The notes under the pieces were generated by a model, which saw only the letters and a list, made by a program, of their open reading frames with translations, was not told the origin of the DNA and searched no databases. Positions 9,544 to 18,521 of a stretch of 35,873 nt of DNA are shown here, piece after piece. A program made the translations under genes and the position numbers. Each line of letters begins with the position of its first letter. Within the stretch, counting starts at the first letter, position 1. Origin of the DNA: Candidatus Babeliales bacterium. Lineage in GTDB: Bacteria; Babelota; Babeliae; Babelales; CAIQNR01. The DNA lies in contig JAIPGS010000002.1 of NCBI GenBank assembly GCA_021735725.1, forward strand, positions 1 to 35,873, given 5' to 3'.

Positions 9544-9718
9544 AAAAACTCCTTTAGAATGTTAAATATATATAGCTTCTGAGGAGTAGTATAACCTTAT
9601 TTTTGTTTTTGAAAACCTTTTTTACGTTTAATTTTGTATAATATTTTCTTTATCACTAATGGTAAGGGGTTTTGATGTGATGAGTATTATTATTTTATAA
9701 TTTTAATATGTTTAAAAT

Positions 9719-11134
9719 TTAAAATGCTCCACCAACTGTTGCCCAGAATCCCCATATTTTAAATGCTTTTGTGTTATTGCGAGGAATTTCTACAAAACTA
9801 CCGATTCCCCAGAATCCATCTGCATTTTCACCTCTGCCTCTTCCTCCTAAAGAAGCATGCGCACTAAAAGTAACTGTTGCGGGGCTTGCTGCAGATGCAA
9901 GATCTATATCTGTTGTTTTGACAACAGTAAAGGTGGCATCATTGGCAGCTAATGATGCTATGGTACTTGCGCTTGCAGTTGTTGTGGTTGTTGTTCCTAT
10001 AATTCCATATTGTTCTTCCCATGCTGTATCAAGAACGAGACGTTCAACTCCATGTCCCCACACTCCGAAACCAATTTGTCCTTCAACTTTACGGAACATA
10101 AAACGCATTCCACTAGAAGCTTGAGTAATACTATAAGGAGAACAGCGAGTTTTACGAGTCATAATATTAACTCCTTGTTCAGCCGCAAATCCATTTTTTC
10201 TGTATTGTAAAAATCTACTCCATTGTTTATTTTTAAGATCAAATGTTCGGAATTGTTTATTTCTGATAAGTGAATTGTTTTCAAAATCTAAAAAAAACAT
10301 CGCTTGTCCTCTATTTTCTTCTCGAGTTAAAGGAAGTTGTAAGTGTGCACCAAAAATAATTCCTACATGTCCGTTATAACCAACTTGAGGTTCAAACATA
10401 TATTCATTAGTTTGTTTTTTAGCTGTTGGAATTGAAAGTGCAGAATAAGTTGCAGCTGTTGCACGGCCATTTGAAAGCAATGATCTTCCTATTCCCAAAC
10501 GAACTTCTGCCACATGAACGCTTGTTTTAGAACCCGTTCTTATTTTTTGATAATTCCATGTTGAATTATTAAATGCAGTTAAAATGTCACGTATTTCACC
10601 TGTTGTTCCAGCATTTGTTACACCTTCTTGTGTGAAATTCATATTAGTATGAGCAATTACAAGAGGAATATTTATAAATCCAAACCAATTTTTTAAAAAA
10701 GCTATATCAAAAAGTTTATCAAATGAATGACGAGCACTGAACATAACAGACCATTGCCATAATTGAGGATCAATTTTTAGTGTTCCTGTAAAATTTGTTG
10801 GAAGACCAATCCAATTTGCGCGAACGTCTCGTACTGCTGGAAGTGTAGGGTCTACTCCTTCTTGAAAAAAAAGTTCATTTCTGTTGGCAACTAAAAAATG
10901 ACGACGCATAGCGTCCGAATCAAATGAATGATGATACTGTGTTAAAATTTGATACGCGTTTTGTTTATCGGTATCTAATAATGAATCATGCCAATAATTT
11001 GTGCGGGCGGTTAAGTTGTCGTGCACTGGGCGTACAAATAAATGAGAGATACTTGTTTTTTCTGTTTTACGTTCTGATTCTGATGCAGATAATAAACTGC
11101 ATCCAAGGAGCGTTATTCCAATTATTTTCTTCAT
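9719..11134 (-). CDS. Outer-membrane beta-barrel protein, porin-like (family not identified)
   Basis: I moved the start to the ATG at 11134, which gives MKKIIGITLLGCSLLSASE and has an AAGGAA RBS. The 21 codons upstream in the ORF track are probably not translated. The protein is 471 aa with alternating aromatic and small residues, and its C-terminus ...WATVGGAF ends in Phe, as OMP sorting signals do. Confidence 0.65.
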   Translation of the reverse strand: MKKIIGITLLGCSLLSASESERKTEKTSISHLFVRPVHDNLTARTNYWHDSLLDTDKQNAYQILTQYHHSFDSDAMRRHFLVANRNELFFQEGVDPTLPAVRDVRANWIGLPTNFTGTLKIDPQLWQWSVMFSARHSFDKLFDIAFLKNWFGFINIPLVIAHTNMNFTQEGVTNAGTTGEIRDILTAFNNSTWNYQKIRTGSKTSVHVAEVRLGIGRSLLSNGRATAATYSALSIPTAKKQTNEYMFEPQVGYNGHVGIIFGAHLQLPLTREENRGQAMFFLDFENNSLIRNKQFRTFDLKNKQWSRFLQYRKNGFAAEQGVNIMTRKTRCSPYSITQASSGMRFMFRKVEGQIGFGVWGHGVERLVLDTAWEEQYGIIGTTTTTTASASTIASLAANDATFTVVKTTDIDLASAASPATVTFSAHASLGGRGRGENADGFWGIGSFVEIPRNNTKAFKIWGFWATVGGAF

Positions 11135-11310
11135 ACTTTGATTCCTTTTTTTAGTTCTTAATGGTTTGAGCTTAAAATATCCGTATGATAAAAACAAGGT
11201 TTCGTATAAAGAGAAAAAATTTTGTTCTTTATTTGTAAGCCACCTTGTATAATTAAATAAATATTAAAAAAAGGGAGAGATATTATTTTTTTTAAGGGGA
11301 GAAAATAATC

Positions 11311-11655
11311 ATGAAAATAAACAAACTATTTTTATCAGTTTCATTGTTGGGAATTTATGGAAATCTTTTTGCAGGTCAATTTATTGATTTAAAACGTAAA
11401 CCACGAATAATAACGCTTTCAGAAGTCAACAATATTGTAAGAAAACATAAACGGCTGCAAGAAAAAAATAAATGCTTTCACGCATTAAAAGTAGCTTATT
11501 CTGAAAGTGAAAGAAAATTAAAAGACACTAAGATGCAATTACAAGAAACTAAAATGGAACTCATAATAGCTAAAAGATGGAATGATGACGCAAAAGCAGG
11601 AATAGTTGCGGGAGCATTTTTAGGATTATTTTTGTATTTTAATCAATATATTTAA
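11311..11655 (+). CDS. Hypothetical protein with a signal/anchor sequence, a coiled coil and a C-terminal TM segment
   Basis: 114 aa. GGGGAG RBS, hydrophobic N-terminus, charged coiled-coil middle, and a hydrophobic C-terminal segment IVAGAFLGLFLYF. Confidence 0.5.
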   Translation: MKINKLFLSVSLLGIYGNLFAGQFIDLKRKPRIITLSEVNNIVRKHKRLQEKNKCFHALKVAYSESERKLKDTKMQLQETKMELIIAKRWNDDAKAGIVAGAFLGLFLYFNQYI

Positions 11656-11672
11656 AATGTATACTAAAAAAA

Positions 11673-11703
11673 GACCCACAATTTCTTTGCGAGTCTTTTT
11701 TTT
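11673..11703. terminator. Weak bidirectional terminator candidate between convergent genes
   Basis: Imperfect hairpin GACCCACAA/TTGCGAGTC (7 of 9 pairs), with an A-run upstream and a T8 run downstream. Confidence 0.4.
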
Positions 11704-11814
11704 AGAATTATTTTTCAATTTTAATAGTTAAAACTTAATCCAATTAAATTAGACCTCCTACTAATGCTATAAGTCCTTGTTGTGGGTTGTTCTGGAGTAG
11801 CTGCTCCATATATT

Positions 11815-12777
11815 TTATTTACTTTCTTTTTCTGTAATTTCTTTTATTGCTTCAGTAATAATTTCTCTAGCTTCTTTACATGCTCCTGAAGATGTTGATT
11901 TTGTGAGCAACATATTTGTCTCTTTAAAAACTTTTTTTTCATGTTCATTTTGTATATCGCCTTCTCTGATTTTTTTTCCGTGTTCCAAAGGTCGTAATGC
12001 TCCTATTCTAGGATCTGCTCCATGTTTAAGAAGTAATCTTACAGTTTCAACACATTCTTTATCCCGTGCAGCCATTAAAAGAGGATAAACATGGTGCCCA
12101 GCAGCATTTCTTGTGGTGGTTATAAATAATCTTGGATCAGCACCAGCTTCTACAAGAATTTTAGCCGATAGAGGGTCTTTATAAATAATTGCAGCCATTA
12201 AAGGAGTCAATTCATTAGAATTATATTGTTCTGTATAAGAGCAACATGTTTCTGATTTTTTATTAGAATCAATACCATAACTGAGTAAAAGCTTTGTTAT
12301 AGCGGGGCCACTTTTATTTTCTAATGCATTAACCAGTAAAGATTTATCAGGATAAAGAGGGTGCAATCTATGAGAATATGGTTGTTCTAAAAAGAGGCAG
12401 ATAAAGTTTACATGTTGTTTTTTTATACTTCTTTTTAGTAAAAAATAAATATCTTTAAGCATTTCATCAGAAACCGGATATCTACCAAGCAATGCTTTTC
12501 CTGCTTCATATGCATTATAATGTACTGCTGCGCCAAGTAAAGAATGTTTTTTTTGGCTTGGTGCATCGAAATAACAAGAGTCTTTTTTTGGAAGAAAATC
12601 TTTATAAGAGAAATCTATTTCATGTTTTGGAAATTCTTCTAAGTACTCTGCAACAGCGCCATCTCTTCTATCACAGAGAAATTGAAAGAAACGTTCTTCC
12701 ATTTTCTTTGGAGCTGCAACTTCTGCTCCATTAAGAGAGAAACAAATAAGGGAAAATATAAAAAATTGTTTATGCAT
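11815..12777 (-). CDS. Ankyrin-repeat protein with an N-terminal signal peptide
   Basis: 320 aa. Signal peptide MHKQFFIFSLICFSLNGAEV. ANK consensus segments include TPLMAAIIYKDPLSAKILVEAGADP, YPLLMAARDKECVETVRLLLKHGADP and NALENKSGPAITKLLLSYGID. AAGGA RBS. Confidence 0.8.
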   Translation of the reverse strand: MHKQFFIFSLICFSLNGAEVAAPKKMEERFFQFLCDRRDGAVAEYLEEFPKHEIDFSYKDFLPKKDSCYFDAPSQKKHSLLGAAVHYNAYEAGKALLGRYPVSDEMLKDIYFLLKRSIKKQHVNFICLFLEQPYSHRLHPLYPDKSLLVNALENKSGPAITKLLLSYGIDSNKKSETCCSYTEQYNSNELTPLMAAIIYKDPLSAKILVEAGADPRLFITTTRNAAGHHVYPLLMAARDKECVETVRLLLKHGADPRIGALRPLEHGKKIREGDIQNEHEKKVFKETNMLLTKSTSSGACKEAREIITEAIKEITEKESK

Positions 12778-12873
12778 AATAAATCCTTTTAGTTTATATA
12801 AAGTAGTAGCTATAACTACGTATCATATATTTTTTATGAAAAAAAGTAAGCCTTTTTTTGTCTTTCTTTTTTA

Positions 12874-14556
12874 TCATGTGGTACGGTTGCTGGAATTGTT
12901 AGGTTCGTTATCTTTCCTTGCTATAACATTATTATGGATCAAGCTTTTTTCAGCAATTTTTTTAAAAAGAGGAGCAGCAACAGTAGAAGAAAACAAATTT
13001 CTTTGAGGAGATTCTTTTAAAAAACATCCAATAACTCTTTTATGATTTCCTTTTTCTACGATTCCTACAAATCCATAAAGATTTTTTGTTTCATCGTAAA
13101 GCCCGTTAACAAGAAGATTAGCAGTACTTGTTTTTCCCATAGTTGTATATCCTTCAATCGCGGCATATTTAGCTGTTCCACCTTTCATTGTTGTTTTTTG
13201 TAAAATATCACGCATAAGTGCAATACTTTCATCAGAATATATTTTTTTAGGTTCGTAATGACTTGTTTGATCATTAATAACAAGACGGGGTTTCATTAAG
13301 TAGCCATTATTTGCAAAAACAGAAAACGCATTAGTGATTTGTAACAAGGTTGTAGTAAGTTCATATCCGTAAGATAATGAAATAATTGATTGTTTCGACC
13401 AGTTTTGTGGGGGATTAATATATCCAGATTGTTCTCCAGGAAAAGGGATACCTGTTTTTTTCCCAAAGCCTAATTTTTTAAAATGATCATAAAGTTTTTT
13501 ATCTAAACGTTTTGCCACTTTAGCAATTCCAAAATTATTAGAACGTGTAATAACATCCTGAAAAGAAAGCCATCCTTGTGCTTCCCAGTTATTAATTTTT
13601 CTACCTTCAACAATTGCTGTTTTTGAATTTTCACAATAAATTTGTTCATCAGGGGTTACTATTTTTTCTTCAAGCGCAGCCAGTGCAGTAAATGCTTTTA
13701 TTGCAGAGCCAAATTCATAACTTTCAGTCAGAGCAGTATTTTTGGTGGCTATTTGCGAAATACTTGTTGTATTGTTTGGATCAAAATAGGGATAACTAGC
13801 CATTGCTAAAATATCACCAGTTAAAGGATCAAGAACAACAACTGCACCTTCTTTTGCTTTGTATTGTTCAATACGGGCAAGAAGTTCTTCATGAACTAAA
13901 AATTGTAAATCATTATCAATTGTTAGTTTTATAGAAGTACCGGCAGAACCTTCTTGAGTTGTTTCTTTAGCAAAATAAAATGTGCCTGATCGTGCATCTT
14001 TTTCAAGTCGATTGGTGTTTGGAGTTCCTGCAAGTTGTTTGTCGTAATAAAGTTCAATTCCAAAAAGTCCTGAATTATCTATATTAGTGATTCCTGTTAA
14101 ACTGCCTGCTGCATTGTTTGGGTAAAATCGACTTGGTTCACTTAAGATGTGGAGCCCTTCTATGTTACTTGCTTGAATTAATTCTTGTTCAGCATCAGTA
14201 AGTCTTCGTTTTACATATAAAAAATGTGCTTTTGGTTTTCTATTCCATTGTTTAAGACAAGTAGGAAAATGTTTTTGTAAAAATCGTTTTAGTTTTTTGG
14301 AATCTTTAATGGTTCTTGGCAAAATAAATGCAGCAAGGCTTTCTTTATTAAGAGCAAGAGGTTGATTATTTCTGTCTATAATTGATGCACGGGGAGGTAA
14401 TTGTGTGACAGTTACAAAGTATTGTTTTTGTGCTCTGTTTATAAAAAATTCATGTTGTTTTATTTGAAGTGAAAATAAATAAAAAAGAGCAAGTCCAAAG
14501 AGTGAACAAAAAAAGAGAAAAATTATAATAGTTCTTAATTTATAGGTTTTTATCAT
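12874..14556 (-). CDS. ftsI: Class B penicillin-binding protein (peptidoglycan D,D-transpeptidase, FtsI/PBP3-like)
   Basis: 560 aa. N-terminal TM anchor, SxxK (S284-AIK), SxN (S339-NN) and a third motif that reads KTS (K475-T-S) instead of KTG. Its start lies 2 nt after the ftsL stop. Confidence 0.9.
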   Translation of the reverse strand: MIKTYKLRTIIIFLFFCSLFGLALFYLFSLQIKQHEFFINRAQKQYFVTVTQLPPRASIIDRNNQPLALNKESLAAFILPRTIKDSKKLKRFLQKHFPTCLKQWNRKPKAHFLYVKRRLTDAEQELIQASNIEGLHILSEPSRFYPNNAAGSLTGITNIDNSGLFGIELYYDKQLAGTPNTNRLEKDARSGTFYFAKETTQEGSAGTSIKLTIDNDLQFLVHEELLARIEQYKAKEGAVVVLDPLTGDILAMASYPYFDPNNTTSISQIATKNTALTESYEFGSAIKAFTALAALEEKIVTPDEQIYCENSKTAIVEGRKINNWEAQGWLSFQDVITRSNNFGIAKVAKRLDKKLYDHFKKLGFGKKTGIPFPGEQSGYINPPQNWSKQSIISLSYGYELTTTLLQITNAFSVFANNGYLMKPRLVINDQTSHYEPKKIYSDESIALMRDILQKTTMKGGTAKYAAIEGYTTMGKTSTANLLVNGLYDETKNLYGFVGIVEKGNHKRVIGCFLKESPQRNLFSSTVAAPLFKKIAEKSLIHNNVIARKDNEPNNSSNRTT

Positions 14557-14558
14557 GA

Positions 14559-14822
14559 TTAAGAAATCCTTTTTATTTTTTTAAGATCAAGAGATTTCAT
14601 ATGTAATGAATTATGGGCAAATGTTTTTATGGTATCTTGTTTTTTTATTTCATAAAGCTCAACAGTAAGCTTTTGTTTGAGAGCAAGAAGTTTTTGTTTT
14701 TCTGTTTCATTTCGTTGTTTTTCATAAGAAAGTTTAACAAGTCGACTTTGTTTATCAATTTGAAATGCAATAAAAAGAATATGTGTGGTTATAAAAAGTG
14801 CAATAAATGTTTTTCGTTTCAT
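14559..14822 (-). CDS. ftsL: Cell division protein FtsL-like
   Basis: 87 aa with a single TM helix (FIALFITTHILFIAF) followed by a coiled coil. It lies immediately upstream of ftsI and appears translationally coupled to it. Called from context and architecture. Confidence 0.6.
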   Translation of the reverse strand: MKRKTFIALFITTHILFIAFQIDKQSRLVKLSYEKQRNETEKQKLLALKQKLTVELYEIKKQDTIKTFAHNSLHMKSLDLKKIKRIS

Positions 14823-15056
14823 TATCTTTTTCCTTTTTTATACATTTTAGTCTTAATTTTATTGAAAAAGCAAAGCTTCAGTGATAGAACTAAGTAAGGA
14901 ATCTAAAAGAAAAGGATTAAAAAATTAAAAAGTGGACCCTTTAAAGAAAAAGGAAAAAAATAAAAAAAAGGTTGATTTTGCTTCATTTTGTTTATTACAA
15001 TTTGTGATATGAGTAGATTAAAGAGAGAAGTGTGTTTTTTTAAAGGAGATTCAGTA

Positions 15057-15815
15057 ATGAATAAAAATTTATTAGTAGTTTTTTTGTGTGCCTTTGGTAT
15101 GCAATCTGTTGGTGCAGCGCATAAGGTAATTAGAGTTGATGATGCAGCAAAAAAATCAACTAAATCTGTAAAAAGAGTAGCCAAGCCTAAAAAAATTAAA
15201 GTGGAAAAAGTAAAAGTTACTTCTGTAAAAGAATCTAAAGCTGTAAAAGTGAAAAAAGCTAAAAAAGTAAAAGTTGCTTCTGTAAAAAAACCTAAAGCTG
15301 AAAAAACTAAAAAAGCAAAAGTTGCTTCTGTAAAAGAACCTAAAGCTGAAAAAGCTAAAAAAGCAAAAGTTGCTTCTGTAAAAGAACCTAAAGCTGAAAA
15401 AATGAAAAAAGCTAAAAAAGTAAAAGACAAACCAGTTAAGTCTAAAAAAGAAAAAGCAGTAGATCCTAAAGTGGCGCAAATGCGTGATATGAGACTTGAA
15501 AAAAGAGATCTTCTTACTGCATCAGAAAAAGACATTGAGCAAGTTAAAGCTCTAGATGCTCGTCTTAAAGAAATGAATCAAAGCGAGCCAAAAGCTCCAA
15601 AAGTTGCAAAAGCTCCAAAAGATCCAAAAGCTGAAAAAACTCCAAAAGTTGAAAAAGTGCGTAGCGGCAAACGAGGACGGGTTACTGCTAAAGGTGAAGA
15701 ACATGCAAAAAAAGTAGCTGAATCTAAAGCTGCAAAACCTGTAAAAATAGTTAAAGAAAAAGTTAAAGAGCCAGTAGTTCCTAAAGAATTAAGACGTGGA
15801 AGATTCAGTAATTAA
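15057..15815 (+). CDS. Exported lysine-rich tandem-repeat protein (histone H1-tail-like composition)
   Basis: I moved the start to the ATG at 15057, which has an AAAGGAGA RBS at 15042-15049. This gives the signal peptide MNKNLLVVFLCAFGMQSVGAA. The 252-aa protein is extremely K/A/V/P/E-rich and contains 16-aa repeats KVASVKEPKAEKAKKA. Confidence 0.7.
   Translation: MNKNLLVVFLCAFGMQSVGAAHKVIRVDDAAKKSTKSVKRVAKPKKIKVEKVKVTSVKESKAVKVKKAKKVKVASVKKPKAEKTKKAKVASVKEPKAEKAKKAKVASVKEPKAEKMKKAKKVKDKPVKSKKEKAVDPKVAQMRDMRLEKRDLLTASEKDIEQVKALDARLKEMNQSEPKAPKVAKAPKDPKAEKTPKVEKVRSGKRGRVTAKGEEHAKKVAESKAAKPVKIVKEKVKEPVVPKELRRGRFSN
15270..15413 (+). repeat. Three near-identical in-frame 48-bp tandem repeats inside the Lys-rich gene
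   Basis: Units begin at 15270, 15318 and 15366 (aaagttgcttctgtaaaagaacctaaagctgaaaaagctaaaaaagca) and differ by only a few substitutions. More degenerate copies extend upstream to about 15195. Confidence 0.9.
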
Positions 15816-15840
15816 TTATTGAATTTAACTGGTAAAAAAT

Positions 15841-15885
15841 AAAAACACCTTGTTGGGGTTGCCCTGGCAAGGTGTTTTTATTTTT
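15841..15885. terminator. Bidirectional rho-independent terminator between convergent genes
   Basis: Perfect 12-bp arms AAAAACACCTTG (15841-15852) and CAAGGTGTTTTT (15868-15879). A/T runs on both sides let it serve both the Lys-rich gene and bamA. Confidence 0.8.
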
Positions 15886-15900
15886 AAAGACTTTTAAAAA

Positions 15901-18366
15901 TTAGAAATCATAGTATGAAGAAAAACTTACTTCAGTTGCTTTTTCACCTGTGCGTTTATCGAGTTTAAATGCCCAATCAACACGCATTGGTTGTGGGTTA
16001 AGAAGTCGTAATCCAACACCAATTGAGTGTCGGTAATCAAATGAATTATTTTTAATATGTTCAGGTAAAATAGCGTTATTTGGGTTTGGAGTATCCCAAC
16101 CAGCTCCACCATCATAAAAAACAACACCTTTCATTCCCATATCTTGGGTAAGAGGAAATACTAATTCAAGATTAAAGAAGGCAGCTTTTTTTGCACCAAT
16201 CATAGTTCCTTGCCATCCTTCATCTTCAACAAGTTGCGGTAAATACCACATTGGACCAATTTGACCAAATACCCATCCACGCACACTTGCTTGTCCTCCA
16301 ATATGATACAATTCACGGTAAGGAAGTACTCGTGTTCCCATTTCTTTAATATACCCGCAATGGCCATGAAGATGGAGTACTAAATCAGTTTCATTAATTA
16401 ATGGTGTATAATAGTGCCCATCAAATTCAAATTTATAAAAACCGAAATTACTACCAAAACTTGGAAGTCCCATTCGTGCCGTTGTGAGTATTTTGTGTCC
16501 TCTTGTTATGTGGACATTGTGATTTCTAGTATCTTGGCTCATATCTGCTTGGAGATAGGTAAAGGTACCACTTTGAAAACGGTTATTGTAGGTTGTCTGT
16601 AATTCTGCTTCTGCAACAGGAAAACCAGGAAGAGAGGCTTGTGGAATTACTTTTTCATGTCCATCTGCGCTCATACTATAAATATTGATATGATCGATTC
16701 CTGCCTGAAAAATAAATGCAGCATTCCATTTTGGAGACATAAATCCAATATTAGCATTAAAACTTCCGTGTTCTTCTTCAACAGTTTTTAATGTTTTTTT
16801 AATTTCATCATAACTGTTTTGTGTAAAACTTCCATTTACCCCAATTCTAATTGGTTTATCCATCAACCATGGTTGAGAAATTCCAACATCAAATGATTTA
16901 GACCAGTCGGGAATTCCTAGTCTTGCACTTAAATGTCCTGCTATTCCTTTTCCAAATATGTTACGATCTGAAATTTGAGATTCTATATTAAATCCAGAAT
17001 TAGCACTCGACATGCTTGTGGGAGCTCCACCATAGTTTGCTTTAAATTCCATTCTTCCTGTTTTTGTTTCTTTTAGCATCAAATCAATATCAGCATGATC
17101 ATCATCGATTCGATTGATCTTCCAATTTACACCATCTTTAGGATCAAAAAAACCAAGACCTTTAATGCGTTCTTTTGATGCATCAAGCCGTGTTGATGTA
17201 AGAAGATCTCCTTCATCAAGTAAGAACTGACGACGAATAACTTTATCTCGAGATTTTTCATTTCCAAAAATATTAATTCGGTTTAAATGAACTTTTATTC
17301 CTAAGCTTGAATGAAGTGTTATTGCAACTGTTTTATCTGCTTCGTTTGGTTGAATGGCAGGCTCAACATCTGCGTAAATATATCCTTGATCTCCCCAGAT
17401 TGTTCGTAACCGTTCAATAGAAAGACGCAGTAATTCTTTTGAGTAGGGTATATTTTTTCGAACAGGCAACCATGCAAGTAATTGATGTTCTGTGAAAATA
17501 TCATTGCCGGGAGCTTCAACAGAACTAATGGTGTATAAATCGCCTTCATTGATAGTAAATGTTGCAGTAATTTCACGTTTGTTTTCGCTAAATTCAATGT
17601 GAGCATCAGTTATTTTTGCATGTAAATATCCATTATTTTGATAAAAATTTTCTAGAGTAAATTTATCAGATTCCACTGCTTGAGGATGATATTTTCCTGA
17701 TTGATCAAGTGGTCCTAAAATCCAATCTTCGCGTGAAAAAAGAAGGGTACGCAACTGTTTATCTCTAAAATGTTCATTACCTTTAAATCTCACTTTTTTA
17801 ATTAAAGAACGAGGCCCTTCTTCAATTTTGAATGTGGCGGTAAATTCGTTGTTTTCTTTTTTAAGGTGAACTTTAACATCAGCAAATTGATATCCTTTAT
17901 CTGAATAGATTTTTTTAATAACGCGAGCTAATTTTTTAAGTTCAGCTTCTTGTGCTGCAGGAATTTTTTCAAAATCTATTTTTTTGCAAATTTCTTTTTT
18001 TGTTAAATGTTTATTACCTTCAAGAATAACTTCTTTTAATGCAGGTTTTTCAACAAGTTCAATATGGAGATTTATTCCATTATTTTTTACTTTACTTGTT
18101 TTAATCAGTACTTGTTCAAAATGGCCCAATTTATAAATGTTATCAATTGCTTGATTACTTTTATCTGGCCAAAATTCTTCACCTACGTGGTAGGGCAATT
18201 TACTTTGAATAGTTTCTTTTGGGAATCGTTTTGATCCCGTGATAATAATGTTTTTAATAATACGATTTTCATCAATGTTTCCTTTCAAGCAATGTGGAAT
18301 CAGTAGTGTTGAACCACAAAGAATGAGAAACAATGAACGCAATTTAGATCTTTTTATTAGCTTCAT
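15901..18366 (-). CDS. bamA: Outer membrane protein assembly factor BamA (Omp85 family)
   Basis: The ORF-track start at 18390 is a TTG. The ATG at 18366 has an AGGAG RBS 7 nt upstream and gives the signal peptide MKLIKRSKLRSLFLILCGSTLL. The 821-aa protein has repeated POTRA-like modules (I..I.I.G...) and a C-terminal barrel ending ...VSFSSYYDF. Confidence 0.9.
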   Translation of the reverse strand: MKLIKRSKLRSLFLILCGSTLLIPHCLKGNIDENRIIKNIIITGSKRFPKETIQSKLPYHVGEEFWPDKSNQAIDNIYKLGHFEQVLIKTSKVKNNGINLHIELVEKPALKEVILEGNKHLTKKEICKKIDFEKIPAAQEAELKKLARVIKKIYSDKGYQFADVKVHLKKENNEFTATFKIEEGPRSLIKKVRFKGNEHFRDKQLRTLLFSREDWILGPLDQSGKYHPQAVESDKFTLENFYQNNGYLHAKITDAHIEFSENKREITATFTINEGDLYTISSVEAPGNDIFTEHQLLAWLPVRKNIPYSKELLRLSIERLRTIWGDQGYIYADVEPAIQPNEADKTVAITLHSSLGIKVHLNRINIFGNEKSRDKVIRRQFLLDEGDLLTSTRLDASKERIKGLGFFDPKDGVNWKINRIDDDHADIDLMLKETKTGRMEFKANYGGAPTSMSSANSGFNIESQISDRNIFGKGIAGHLSARLGIPDWSKSFDVGISQPWLMDKPIRIGVNGSFTQNSYDEIKKTLKTVEEEHGSFNANIGFMSPKWNAAFIFQAGIDHINIYSMSADGHEKVIPQASLPGFPVAEAELQTTYNNRFQSGTFTYLQADMSQDTRNHNVHITRGHKILTTARMGLPSFGSNFGFYKFEFDGHYYTPLINETDLVLHLHGHCGYIKEMGTRVLPYRELYHIGGQASVRGWVFGQIGPMWYLPQLVEDEGWQGTMIGAKKAAFFNLELVFPLTQDMGMKGVVFYDGGAGWDTPNPNNAILPEHIKNNSFDYRHSIGVGLRLLNPQPMRVDWAFKLDKRTGEKATEVSFSSYYDF

Positions 18367-18521
18367 GTACGAGCTCCTGCACTCTTTCAAACTTACTAGT
18401 AACTTTTTTTATCTCATGGTAAAATACGTTTTATAGGATACTATTTTTTGAGAAATTGACTAGTTCTTTAAAAATTGGATAGAGTAATAAAAAATCAATA
18501 TAACTGTGAAATGGTGCCCAG

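Noticed and set aside
11135-11197. Upstream extension of the OMP ORF, and the TTG-initiated extensions of bamA (18367-18390) and the methyltransferase (31709-31714).
   Set aside because: The internal ATG codons have well-spaced Shine-Dalgarno sequences and give canonical signal peptides or N-termini. The extensions use TTG or lack an RBS.
15195-15420. Regularly spaced 48-bp repeats considered as a possible CRISPR-like array.
   Set aside because: The repeats are directly adjacent with no unique spacers. They are in frame within a coding region and encode a 16-aa peptide repeat. No cas genes are nearby.
14903-15535. Minus-strand ORFs of 210 aa and 107 aa (F/S/L-rich) opposite the Lys-rich gene.
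   Set aside because: These are shadow ORFs. They arise because AAA/GCT-rich repeats have no stop codons on the antisense strand. They have no RBS and a low-complexity Phe/Ser composition. The plus-strand gene has an RBS and a signal peptide.
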